A DNA stretch of 32,000 nt from Rhodobacter capsulatus SB 1003 (GTDB taxonomy: Bacteria > Pseudomonadota > Alphaproteobacteria > Rhodobacterales > Rhodobacteraceae): the NCBI RefSeq assembly GCF_000021865.1, contig NC_014035.1:1-32000 (forward strand), in the 5' to 3' direction. Below are positions 8,503 through 16,385 of the stretch, piece after piece. The first letter of the stretch is position 1, and the number at the start of each line of letters is the position of its first letter. A program made the translations under genes and the position numbers. The notes beneath the pieces are model-generated. The model did not search any database. It saw only the letters and a program-made list of their open reading frames with translations, and had not been told where the DNA came from.

Positions 8503-9528
8503 TCAGCCTGCGGCGCGGCGCAGAAACGCGACGATCCGGGCGGGAACTTCGGGGGCCAATGTCTGCGGGATGCGGGCGTAATTTTGCGGATCGCCGGTCG
8601 GATCTGCTTGGAACAAATGGTTCAGACCCGCCATGACGTCGACCTGCATCCCAGCTGTCCGGGCCAGATCGCGCAGGGCGGCGGCGTTCTCGGTCGCATC
8701 GACCTGGGTGTCGCTGCCGCCGTAAAGCGCCAGAACCGGACCGTCAAACGCCCCGATCAGGGCCAGCGGATCGGGGCGGGCGGCATCAAACCCCCAAGGC
8801 GTGGCCAGAACGGCGGCATAGGTCCTGCGCACCTCGGGCGGCAACGGGGCCAGCGCGGCCGTGAGCCGGGGGCGGGCCGCGGCAAGGTCGGGCGCCGCGC
8901 GCAGGGCGGCAAAGCTGGCCGCAAGCGCCTCATCAAGCGCCGCGATCCGGTCCGCGGGGGCGCCTTGCAGCGCGGCGATGGCGCGGGTCTGATGGCGCAG
9001 CACCTGTTCCATCGGCACTGCGGGACCGGCCAGAAGCACCAAAGCCGCCACCTTGCGCCCGCGCGCGGCAAGGGGCGCGGTCAGCCCGCCTTCGGAATGG
9101 CCAAGGATCGCGATGCGCGCCGGGTCGATCTCGGGCCTTGCAGCAAGGGCGTCGAAGGCCGCCCCGGCGTCACGGGCGAAATCCGAAATCGTGGCGGTGG
9201 CGAAATCGCCGGCGCTTCCGCCCACCCCGCGTTTGTCATAACGCAGGCTGGCAATCCCCGCCCGGGCCAGCGCATCTGACAGCACGAGGAAGGGCCGATG
9301 CCCCGCCACATGCTCGTCGCGGTCCTGCGGCCCCGAGCCCGCCAGCAACAGCACGGCGGGAAAGGGACCGGGGCCTGCGGGCAGCACCAGGTCACCCGCC
9401 AGCACGCCTGCAGGTCCAGCGATGTGCAGGCTGCGATGCGGATCGGGGCGGAAGCGGGGATCTTGCGGCCGCAGGCAGGCCATCAGCGGCAAGACGCCCA
9501 GAAGGACAAGAAAGGAACGACGGGTCAT
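8503..9528 (-). CDS. Alpha/beta hydrolase, probable lipoprotein
   Basis: Start taken at MTRRSFLVLLGVLPLMAC (lipobox-like LMAC). Nucleophile elbow ILGHSEGG. The 9529-9867 part of the track ORF is probably not coding. Confidence 0.8.
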   Translation of the reverse strand: MTRRSFLVLLGVLPLMACLRPQDPRFRPDPHRSLHIAGPAGVLAGDLVLPAGPGPFPAVLLLAGSGPQDRDEHVAGHRPFLVLSDALARAGIASLRYDKRGVGGSAGDFATATISDFARDAGAAFDALAARPEIDPARIAILGHSEGGLTAPLAARGRKVAALVLLAGPAVPMEQVLRHQTRAIAALQGAPADRIAALDEALAASFAALRAAPDLAAARPRLTAALAPLPPEVRRTYAAVLATPWGFDAARPDPLALIGAFDGPVLALYGGSDTQVDATENAAALRDLARTAGMQVDVMAGLNHLFQADPTGDPQNYARIPQTLAPEVPARIVAFLRRAAG

Positions 9529-9557
9529 GAAAGCCTCCGGGGTTTTGCCCGGATCTC

Positions 9558-10676
9558 TCAGCCTTGCGCGCCCTTTGCGACCGGGCCGATGGGGCCGGAC
9601 GCCCGCCAGGCACTGGGCGTCATGCCCGTGCGCTTGAGAAACGCCGCATTGAAGGTGGATTTGGCGTTGAACCCTGTGGCATGGGCGATGTCGAGCACGG
9701 TGTGATCGGTCGCGCGCAACAGCGCCTGTGCCTCGCTCACCCGCCAGCCGTTGACGTAGTCGTAAAAGCTTTCGGCCCGCCCCTGATTGAGCGCCTGACT
9801 GACGTAGAAGGGCTTCGCCCGGGCGGCCTCGGCCAGATCGGCCAGCGAGAGGCCCGGGGCACGCCACAGGCTGTCGCGCCGCATCGCCGCGTCGATCCGG
9901 GTCAAAAGCTGCGCCATCGCCTCGGGATCAAGCCCCGAACGGGCGTAGCTTGGCGGCGCCGCAGGAACCTCGGTGGCGGCGATCACCGCATCGGCCCAGT
10001 CGGGCCAGTGCATCTTCAAGGTCAGCCCGTGCAGCGCCGTCCCAAGGATCAGCGCGAACAGGAACAGGTCCGAGAGCGGCCCGATCAGCACCCGCCCGAG
10101 CGACAGAAGGTCCAGAAGCTGGATCGCGAACAGCGCGACAAGACAGGCGCCCAGCAGGGCAACACCGCTGAGCCGGGGCGTGGGCGGCGCGGCGATGATC
10201 TGCGCCAACGCCTTGGCGTGACGGCGCAGCGCGCGCAGGATGCCGATCCCGGCCAGAGCCGTTCCAAGGCAAAGGGCGAGCCAGTAAAGCCCGACCCCGG
10301 CCAGAGCCGCCAGCAGCCAGCCCGGTGCAAGCGTCGGCACCTGTCCCGCCTCGATCGCGGCGCGGGCCGCGGCGGGCAACAGAAGGAAAGGCAGACACAG
10401 ACCTCCGCTTGCCGCCAGCGCGGCCTCGATCCGTGGCCAGCGTGCAGGCCCCGCCAAGCTGCGGACGTGTTGGGCAAGGAGGATCGGCAACAGCGGCAGA
10501 ACCAGCACCTGCCAATCCTCCCAGGGGCCGCCGTCAAGCCCCAGAAACACCGCCAGCCCCAGCGCAAAAAGCGCAAGACATCCCACAGCCGGGGTCAGCC
10601 GCGCATCTGCGCCACGCCCCCGCAACCAGATAGCCAGCGCAGCCATCGCCGCCATTCCCGCGAAAATTCCCGCCAT
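9558..10676 (-). CDS. AraC family transcriptional regulator with a multi-TM N-terminal domain
   Basis: Start taken at MAGIFAGMAAMAALAIWL. About 250 aa of hydrophobic helices are followed by the AraC HTH (VLDIAHATGFNAKSTFNAAFLKRTGMTPSAWRA). Confidence 0.8.
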   Translation of the reverse strand: MAGIFAGMAAMAALAIWLRGRGADARLTPAVGCLALFALGLAVFLGLDGGPWEDWQVLVLPLLPILLAQHVRSLAGPARWPRIEAALAASGGLCLPFLLLPAAARAAIEAGQVPTLAPGWLLAALAGVGLYWLALCLGTALAGIGILRALRRHAKALAQIIAAPPTPRLSGVALLGACLVALFAIQLLDLLSLGRVLIGPLSDLFLFALILGTALHGLTLKMHWPDWADAVIAATEVPAAPPSYARSGLDPEAMAQLLTRIDAAMRRDSLWRAPGLSLADLAEAARAKPFYVSQALNQGRAESFYDYVNGWRVSEAQALLRATDHTVLDIAHATGFNAKSTFNAAFLKRTGMTPSAWRASGPIGPVAKGAQG

Positions 10677-10812
10677 CCGTTCCCCCGCGCCAAGGCAGAA
10701 TGCGGGGAAGTCGGACCGGGTGCAAGCGCGGCCCGGCGTCCGGCCCCTTTGGATCGGTCGCCCTGCGCGCCGGATCCGCCGAAGATCGCGGCACATCCAG
10801 CCCGGAGGTCCC

Positions 10813-11595
10813 ATGACAGCCCTTTTTCGCGCCCCCCTGCTTCACGCAGCGCTTCTTGTGCCGCTGCTTTTCGCCTGTGCCCCGCCCGGGCCCGAAGTCA
10901 CCCATGCCAAAGGCCCGACGGTGATCTTCGAAGCGGGCCTTGGCGATACTGCCACCGTCTGGGACCGCGTCGACATGCCCCCCGGCCTTGGGCGATTTGC
11001 CTGGACACGGGCGGGATATGGGCTCGGCGCCGATCTGGTCGCCGGTCAATCCTGGCCAGGCGATGCCGATGGCCGCCGCACCGGGGCCGAGGTGACAGCC
11101 CAGCTGGAGGCGGCCCTGACCCGGGTGCAGGCAAGGCCGCCCTATATCCTTGTCGGCCATTCGCTCGGCGCGCTTTACGTGCTTGATTTCGCCCGCAGCC
11201 ATCCCGATCAGGTCAAGGGCATCGTCCTTGTCGATCCGCGCCTGCCGGGGTTCACCGCGCGCTGCAAGGCCGAGCAGCTGCGCGGCTGCGAAATCCCGCC
11301 GCTGTTGCGCCTGACGCTTACGAATGTCGAGCGGCTCGAGTTGGGCGGGGTTCCCGAGACCGAGACGGCGCTGCGCGACCTTGGCGCCCTGCGCGACATT
11401 CCGCTGACGATCCTTTTGGCCGAAAAGGCAGGTCTTGGCGAGGATCCGCGCTGGCGCGGGGTCTGGGCCGCGCATGCCGAGGCTTTTGCCTCGGATTTCC
11501 GCCAGACCAGTGTGATCCCGGTTGCAAGCGGCCATTACATCCAGACCTCTGCCCCCGAGCAAGTCACGGCCGCCATCGCGGCGGTTGGAAGATAG
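10813..11595 (+). CDS. Alpha/beta hydrolase, probable lipoprotein
   Basis: Start taken at MTALFRAPLLHAALLVPLLFAC. Nucleophile elbow LVGHSLGALY. Divergent from the AraC gene. Confidence 0.8.
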   Translation: MTALFRAPLLHAALLVPLLFACAPPGPEVTHAKGPTVIFEAGLGDTATVWDRVDMPPGLGRFAWTRAGYGLGADLVAGQSWPGDADGRRTGAEVTAQLEAALTRVQARPPYILVGHSLGALYVLDFARSHPDQVKGIVLVDPRLPGFTARCKAEQLRGCEIPPLLRLTLTNVERLELGGVPETETALRDLGALRDIPLTILLAEKAGLGEDPRWRGVWAAHAEAFASDFRQTSVIPVASGHYIQTSAPEQVTAAIAAVGR

Positions 11596-11846
11596 CATCG
11601 CCGGACCGGAAGCGCGGAGTGATATTCGTCCGGACTTCGGCCGCTGAATGGTACAGGTGACAGGCTGTTTGGTGAGGAGCCGGGCGATGGGAGGCAACCG
11701 CAGTCAAAGTCGAAATTGAATCCCGATCTGCCCGCAAGGCGAGTTATAAAAGCGGGTTCTCACCATGGAAAAATGACTGCTTTGCGGAAGAGGGCATTGG
11801 CAAATGCCTGAGCTACTCCCCGATCCTTGGACAGGTTTCCGGGTGA

Positions 11847-12229
11847 TTTAAGCTACAGGCCCCCGAAATCCGCACCACCAAAGGCGCGGGCACCAAGATC
11901 ACCAACTTCAGCCTCGCCACCTCGCGCCCCCGCCTCTCGGAAGGTCGCGTCCTGCGCGACGAGAATGGCTACCGGATCATGGACACGGAATGGCACCGCA
12001 TCACCTGCTTCAACGGTCTCGGCAAGACGGTCGCGGAGCATTGCGAAAAGGGCATGAAGGTCCTCGTCCACGGCCGCATCCACTACATCAAGTGGACCGA
12101 CAGCATGGGGAACGACCGCTACAGCTGCGAGATCATCGCCGAGAAGGTCGACTTGCCTCAAGCCGCCCGAAAGCGGCCGAGAACGAAAACCCCGAGTTCA
12201 TCGATCGCGACGACGAGATCCCGTTCTGA
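11847..12229 (+). pseudogene. ssb: Single-stranded DNA-binding protein, 5'-truncated and frameshifted
   Basis: The OB-fold part (APEIRTTKGAGTKITNFSLATS ... TEWHRITCFNGLGKTVAEHCEKGMKVLVHGRIHYIKWTD) opens right after a stop at 11844-11846 and lacks the first ~15 codons. The acidic tail (EFIDRDDEIPF stop) is in another frame, with the shift near 12150-12160. Confidence 0.8.
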
Positions 12230-12301
12230 GAACGGGGTCTCCCCCTCGGGCCCGGCGGGGAAACCCGCCGGGTTCGCGGCATTAGTTTTTTAGTTGCCAA
12301 T

Positions 12302-12613
12302 TCACTGCTCCGGGTGGAAGGCGACGAGGACATCGCCATTCAAGAGCAGCTTTCGTCCTGGAAAGGACTCGAAGAAGGCAAGCATGGCCTCTCGGGCCTG
12401 CACGGTATGGTCTTTCGAGTGTCGTGTGAAACATTCGCTCTTGAAGCCCTCTCCAACACCATACTCGGCCATGATTTCCAGATGGAACGGCCCCAGGTCG
12501 TCACTTGCGCTCCAAGCCTCCCAGACGTCACCGGCACTCCTCGCTGCTGCGTCCAGTCGCTGCATGAGGTCAGGTAGGTCTAGATCGGAATAGGCGTTGT
12601 AAAATATCGCCAT
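12302..12613 (-). CDS. Small acidic hypothetical protein (orphan immunity-like)
   Basis: 103 aa from MAIFYNAYSDLDLPDLMQRLD. Lower GC by eye. No TM segment or signal peptide. Last gene of the minus-strand cassette. Confidence 0.55.
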   Translation of the reverse strand: MAIFYNAYSDLDLPDLMQRLDAAARSAGDVWEAWSASDDLGPFHLEIMAEYGVGEGFKSECFTRHSKDHTVQAREAMLAFFESFPGRKLLLNGDVLVAFHPEQ

Positions 12614-12674
12614 CGAAATCACCGTATGATGCCGTCCCAGACCTTGGTTTTTCTTTATCCGGTGGGAACACCGG

Positions 12675-13019
12675 TCACCCCTTGGACGGTGGCACCTCTG
12701 CCCACACCAGGTATTGGTATTCCCCGCCCTCGCTCGACGCGCGGCGCACGATGTCGCGGATATTCGCGGCAGATCGCTGTGGATCGAGAAATATCTGCCA
12801 TTCTTCCTCGTAGCCCGGGCCCGCGTTTGCCAGGAAATCGTACTCGAAGGTGCGCCCGGTTCGACTGCCGCCCTGAACTCTGACGACCTCCAGTCGCGCA
12901 ACGCTGTAGCCCCGGGATGCCATATATTCGTTGAACTCGAGCATTACGCTCGACGGCTCAACATACACGAATTTGCCAGCTTCGAGTTGCTCCAGCATCT
13001 TTTCAAACTCGTCGCGCAT
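12675..13019 (-). CDS. Small hypothetical protein (immunity-like), coupled to the upstream ORF
   Basis: ATG 13017-13019 is preceded by GGAG and lies 2 nt after the upstream stop (an alternative GTG at 13025 overlaps it). Product MRDEFEKMLEQLEAGKFVYVE..., 114 aa. Confidence 0.6.
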   Translation of the reverse strand: MRDEFEKMLEQLEAGKFVYVEPSSVMLEFNEYMASRGYSVARLEVVRVQGGSRTGRTFEYDFLANAGPGYEEEWQIFLDPQRSAANIRDIVRRASSEGGEYQYLVWAEVPPSKG

Positions 13020-13021
13020 GT

Positions 13022-13726
13022 TCACTCCAATGGCCTGATGATCGGGTCTGGTTCATTTTCCGTTTCCCAAAGGGGGCGGTTCCGATTGCTTACAGCGACG
13101 ACGCGCCCCTCCGGGCTCAAAAGAACCCAATACCCATCCTGACCGGTCAACAAGGTCATCTCCTGGCCCTTGTATCGACCACGTCCGGCGACGATTCCGC
13201 TAAGATCGGGCCGGGGATTGGCGATGATTTCATCGATTTGCCCGGCAGTGTGCCCTTTTCCTGTGACGTATTCCAGCCCGTCGCCCTTGCCGCCGTGGTC
13301 GTCAATCGTATTCCCGCCAGGGGTGGTGAACGCCTCATCCCGACGTGCCTCGACAATGTTCGGCCCCGCTTCATCCGGGATCGGCGTGGAGATGATGTTA
13401 CCGTCAGGATCCTCGACGGGCAGCGAACCCGTGTGGTTCGGCAGACCAAGGGTCTCGGCCGGATAGGTTTCCAGCCACTGGTCGATGCGTTCCGGCGTGA
13501 AGCCGGGAAGTTCACCCAACCGGCGCTCGCCGCCAGTGAGTTCCGGGAAAACCTTGACCCAACCTTGGGCAATTGTGCCGTGCTGCCGCCGCAACCGGCT
13601 TTCCGCGAATGCGTTGTAGGCTTGCTGCACGAAGTCTCCGAGGGCAAGTTGGGCGGCAGGATCCCCTTCGACGATCCTCGAGGCCCGGGACATCCTTGGC
13701 CGATACCTCAGCCAGAACCCGGTCAT
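13022..13726 (-). CDS. Hypothetical protein resembling an orphan polymorphic-toxin C-terminal module
   Basis: 234 aa with no signal peptide or TM segment. A P/G/T/E-rich linker (ELPGFTPERIDQWLETYPAETLGLPNHTGSLPVEDPDGNIISTPIPDEAGP) precedes a compact C-terminal domain (LEYVTGKGHTAGQIDEIIANP ... GYWVLLSPEGRVVAVSNRN). The start is uncertain (ATG 13726 or 13693). I cannot assign a family. Confidence 0.5.
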   Translation of the reverse strand: MTGFWLRYRPRMSRASRIVEGDPAAQLALGDFVQQAYNAFAESRLRRQHGTIAQGWVKVFPELTGGERRLGELPGFTPERIDQWLETYPAETLGLPNHTGSLPVEDPDGNIISTPIPDEAGPNIVEARRDEAFTTPGGNTIDDHGGKGDGLEYVTGKGHTAGQIDEIIANPRPDLSGIVAGRGRYKGQEMTLLTGQDGYWVLLSPEGRVVAVSNRNRPLWETENEPDPIIRPLE

Positions 13727-13766
13727 CGGCAGCTGGCAAGCGCTGCTCGACTATTGCGCGCTCACC
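13668..13766 (+). pseudogene. radC: Short RadC/JAB-family fragment
   Basis: The frame reads STILEARDILGRYLSQNPVIGSWQALLDYCALT. This matches the conserved segment (..V.SSW.AL.DYC..) just upstream of the RadC JAB domain. There is no start codon and no JAB domain. It lies antisense to the 5' end of the 13022-13726 ORF. Confidence 0.45.
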
Positions 13767-13770
13767 CGCC

Positions 13771-14425
13771 CACACCGTTTCCCAGACCGCCCATGCGCTC
13801 GAAGAGCTGCAGCTCTACGGCTACCGCCCCTTCGACGAACCCGATCCGCGCCCGATGCCCGATGCGCAGCGCCTTGCGGTTGCCGTCGCCGACATCTTCG
13901 ACGCCCTCGTCGCCACTCTCGAGGACACCCGCATGGAACCCGACCTCGAAGAGGTGCTCTGGGGCCAGGTCAACCTCTTCCACCGCGCCACCGCCCGGAT
14001 CGAGCGGTCGCTTGACGAGAACGAGCAGGCGCAGCGCCGCCTTCAGCGCGAGCAAGACGGCTCCGAGGTGAAGTCGACCGAACTCGAGCGCCTGACGGCG
14101 GAAGGCCTGACCCCCATCGAGCGGCGCAACTGCATGGACATGATGCGCGATCACGCCGCGACCGAATTCTCTCATCACACGGGATCGACCTGGCGGCCCC
14201 GCCCCGGCTCGATGGTGAACCGCCGGCACATGACCGCAGCGCTGATCGACAGCCGCGATTTCCTGGCCGCCAAGCGCCGCGCGGAAACCGAGGTGATGCT
14301 GCCCGTGGGCCCCAAGGTTGCCCTCACCGGCGGGACCGATTTCAACGATCACCACCTGATCTGGGGCAAGCTCGATCAGGTCCGGACCAAGCATCCCGAC
14401 ATGGTGCTTCTGCACGGGGGCAGCC
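13771..14425 (+). pseudogene. Conserved ICE/plasmid protein with a C-terminal DUF2493 (SLOG-like) domain, truncated at both ends
   Basis: SQTAHALEELQLYGYRPFDEPDPRP ... LTGGTDFNDHHLIWGKLDQVRTKHPDMVLLHGGSP matches, from memory, a protein common on alphaproteobacterial conjugative elements. No credible start codon. Similarity ends right after LHGGSP, where a foreign fragment begins. Confidence 0.65.
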
Positions 14426-14427
14426 CC

Positions 14428-14712
14428 GCCGCGGCCTGCAGCGCCTCTTCATGCGGGGGGGCGGTGCCAAGCCCGGCATTGGCGCGGCCGTCGGTCATCA
14501 CGATGACCAGCGGCAGGACATTCGGGTCCCTGCGCTGAACCTGACGCAGCACATTGGCCGCTTCGCCAAGCCCCTGGGTCAGCGGCGTGCGGCCGCCCAC
14601 CTCGAGCTCGGCCAGCAGCCGTGCCGCGCGATCGACCGAGCCGGTCGGCGGCAGCACCACTTCGGCGCTGCGGTGCCGAAACACCACCATCGCCACCTTG
14701 TCGCGCTTTTGA
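14428..14712 (-). pseudogene. VWA-domain fragment (Mg-/Co-chelatase BchD/ChlD/CobT-like)
   Basis: YQKRDKVAMVVFRHRSAEVVLPPTGSVDRAARLLAELEVGGRTPLTQGLGEAANVL ... LVIVMTDGRANAGLG is the central part of a chelatase-type VWA domain. Both ends are missing. Confidence 0.65.
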
Positions 14713-15456
14713 TATCCGCATTCGGCCGGGCTGGAACAGATCGACCTGATCCTGACCGATCCCTACCTGCGCCCCGAAGACCCGCGCCTGCTGATCGAAC
14801 GTCCCTTCGAGATGCCCGAAACCTGGGTCAGCCTGTCGCGGATGTTTGCGCCCCATGAGATTGCCGAACGCACGCCGCAGTCTCGCAAGGGGCATCTGAC
14901 CTTTGGCACTGCGAACAACCCCTATAAATACACGCCCGCCTGTCTGGATGCCTGGGCTGCGGTGCTGCGCACTGTCCTCGGATCGCGCTTCGTTTTCCTG
15001 CGCCCCGAAGGCGGCGTCGAGAGTTTCCGCGCCAATGCCCGCGCGGCATTCGCGCGCCGCGATGTCGACCCCGACCGGCTTGATTTCATCGGCGTGCGTG
15101 GCGATCACATGCGCCATTACAACGAGATCGACATTGCCCTTGATACCCTGCCGCATGTCGGTGGCACGACGACCTGCGAGGCGCTCTGGATGGGGGTGCC
15201 GACTGTCAGCCTGATCGGCCCGGGCTTTGCCGAACGGCTGAGCTGTTCGAACCTGTCGAATGCGGGGCTTGGCGATCTGGCCGTGCGCTCGGTCGCCGAT
15301 TATGTCGCCAAGGCGGCGGAACTGGCTGCCGATCCGGCGCGCCGTGCGGCGCTGCGGGCCGGTGCGCGGGCGCAGATCGCGGCCAATCCGCTTGGCCAGC
15401 CCGCGCGGTTCACGAAGAACTTCTATGACCTTGCGCGAAAGGTGGCCAGCCAATGA
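14713..15456 (+). pseudogene. GT41-like (SPY/O-GlcNAc-transferase-type) glycosyltransferase, C-terminal part only
   Basis: The frame opens after a stop at 14710-14712 with YPHSAGLEQIDLILTDPYL, followed by TFGTANNPYKYTP ... IALDTLPHVGGTTTCEALWMGVPTV. The TPR and N-terminal catalytic lobe are absent. The first ATG is at 14812. The stop overlaps the rfbF start (ATGA). Confidence 0.7.
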
Positions 15457-16223
15457 AAGCCGTGATCCTTGCGGGGGGACGTGGAACGCGGCTTTCCGAA
15501 GAAACCGGGCGGCGGCCGAAACCGATGGTGGACATCGGCGGGCAGCCGATCCTGTGGCACATCCTGAAGATCTATGCCGCGCATGGGGTGAACGAGTTCG
15601 TGCTCTGCCTTGGCTATCGCGGCTGGCAGATCAAGGACTACTTCCTGAACTCCGCGCGGCTCTCGTCGGATCTGACGGTCGATCTCGCCTCGGGCGTCGT
15701 CGAGATGCTGCGCCCGGCGTCCGAGCCGTGGAAGATCCATCTGATCGACACTGGCGAAGACACCCAGACCGGCGGGCGGCTGAAACGGGTGGGGCATCTT
15801 CTGCGTGACGACGATGCCTTTTGCCTGACCTATGGCGACGGTCTCGGCGATGTCCATATCACCGCCGCGATCGCTTTTCACCGCGCCCATGGCAAGGCTG
15901 CGACCGTGACGGCGGTAGTGCCGCCGGGCCGCTTCGGCGCGCTCGACCGGCAAGGCGACCGGGTTTCGGCCTTTGTCGAAAAGCCCGCAGGCGATGGCGG
16001 CACGATCAACGGCGGCTTTTTCGTGCTGTCGCCGTCGGTACTTGACCGGATCGAAGGCGATGCGACGGTCTTTGAACAGGAGCTGCTCAAGGGCCTTGCG
16101 CGCGATGGCGAATTGCGCGCCTTTGACCATCGCGGTTTCTGGCAACCGATGGACACGCTGCGCGACCGCGACCATCTGCAGGCACTTTGGGACGGGGGGG
16201 CGGCACCGTGGAAGATCTGGTAA
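15453..16223 (+). CDS. rfbF: Glucose-1-phosphate cytidylyltransferase
   Basis: 256 aa. MKAVILAGGRGTRLSEETGRRPKPMVDIGGQPILWHILKIYAAHGVNEFVLCLGYRG is the characteristic RfbF N-terminus. Appears full length. Confidence 0.9.
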   Translation: MKAVILAGGRGTRLSEETGRRPKPMVDIGGQPILWHILKIYAAHGVNEFVLCLGYRGWQIKDYFLNSARLSSDLTVDLASGVVEMLRPASEPWKIHLIDTGEDTQTGGRLKRVGHLLRDDDAFCLTYGDGLGDVHITAAIAFHRAHGKAATVTAVVPPGRFGALDRQGDRVSAFVEKPAGDGGTINGGFFVLSPSVLDRIEGDATVFEQELLKGLARDGELRAFDHRGFWQPMDTLRDRDHLQALWDGGAAPWKIW

Positions 16224-16385
16224 GGCGGCCTGATCCGGGGGTCTGGGCCGGGAAGCGGGTGCTGTTGACCGGCCACACCGGCTTCAAGGGCGCTTGGGCC
16301 GCACGGATGCTGACCCTGCTGGGTGCAGAGGTGACGGGGCTGGCGCTCGACCCGGCGCCCGGGCCTTCGGCCTTTGCGGCGCTGG
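16208..16385 (+). pseudogene. rfbG: CDP-glucose 4,6-dehydratase, first ~60 codons only
   Basis: GTG 16208, then EDLVRRPDPGVWAGKRVLLTGHTGFKGAWAARMLTLLGAEVTGLALDPAPGPSAFA matches the RfbG N-terminus (FW.GKRV.VTGHTGFKG.W). The frame then degenerates and stops at 16474. Confidence 0.7.

Larger units (their letters stand above)
11847..14425 (+). mobile_element. Decayed conjugative-element (ICE/plasmid) backbone segment interrupted by a foreign cassette
   Basis: Plus-strand remnants of ssb, radC and a DUF2493-like gene lie in order. These genes typically co-occur on alphaproteobacterial ICEs and plasmids. All three are truncated or frameshifted. Confidence 0.5.

Noticed and set aside
6928-9279. 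Very long ORFs such as 6928-9279 (+, 783 aa), 9564-11186 (+, 540 aa), 18288-20201 (+, upstream part), 14449-15453 (-), 16087-17205 (-), 10534-11697 (-) and 5679-6998 (+).
   Set aside because: They run antisense to, or out of frame with, genes that have clear family motifs. Their products are Arg/Pro/Gly/Ala-rich low-complexity strings, typical of non-coding frames in high-GC DNA.
11700-11750. tRNA 3'-end-like string (tcgaaattgaatcccgatctgcccgca), considered as a possible att-site remnant at the edge of the ICE fragment.
   Set aside because: The putative T-stem halves do not pair and there is no CCA or acceptor complement. I found no second copy of the string in the window, so the resemblance may be chance.
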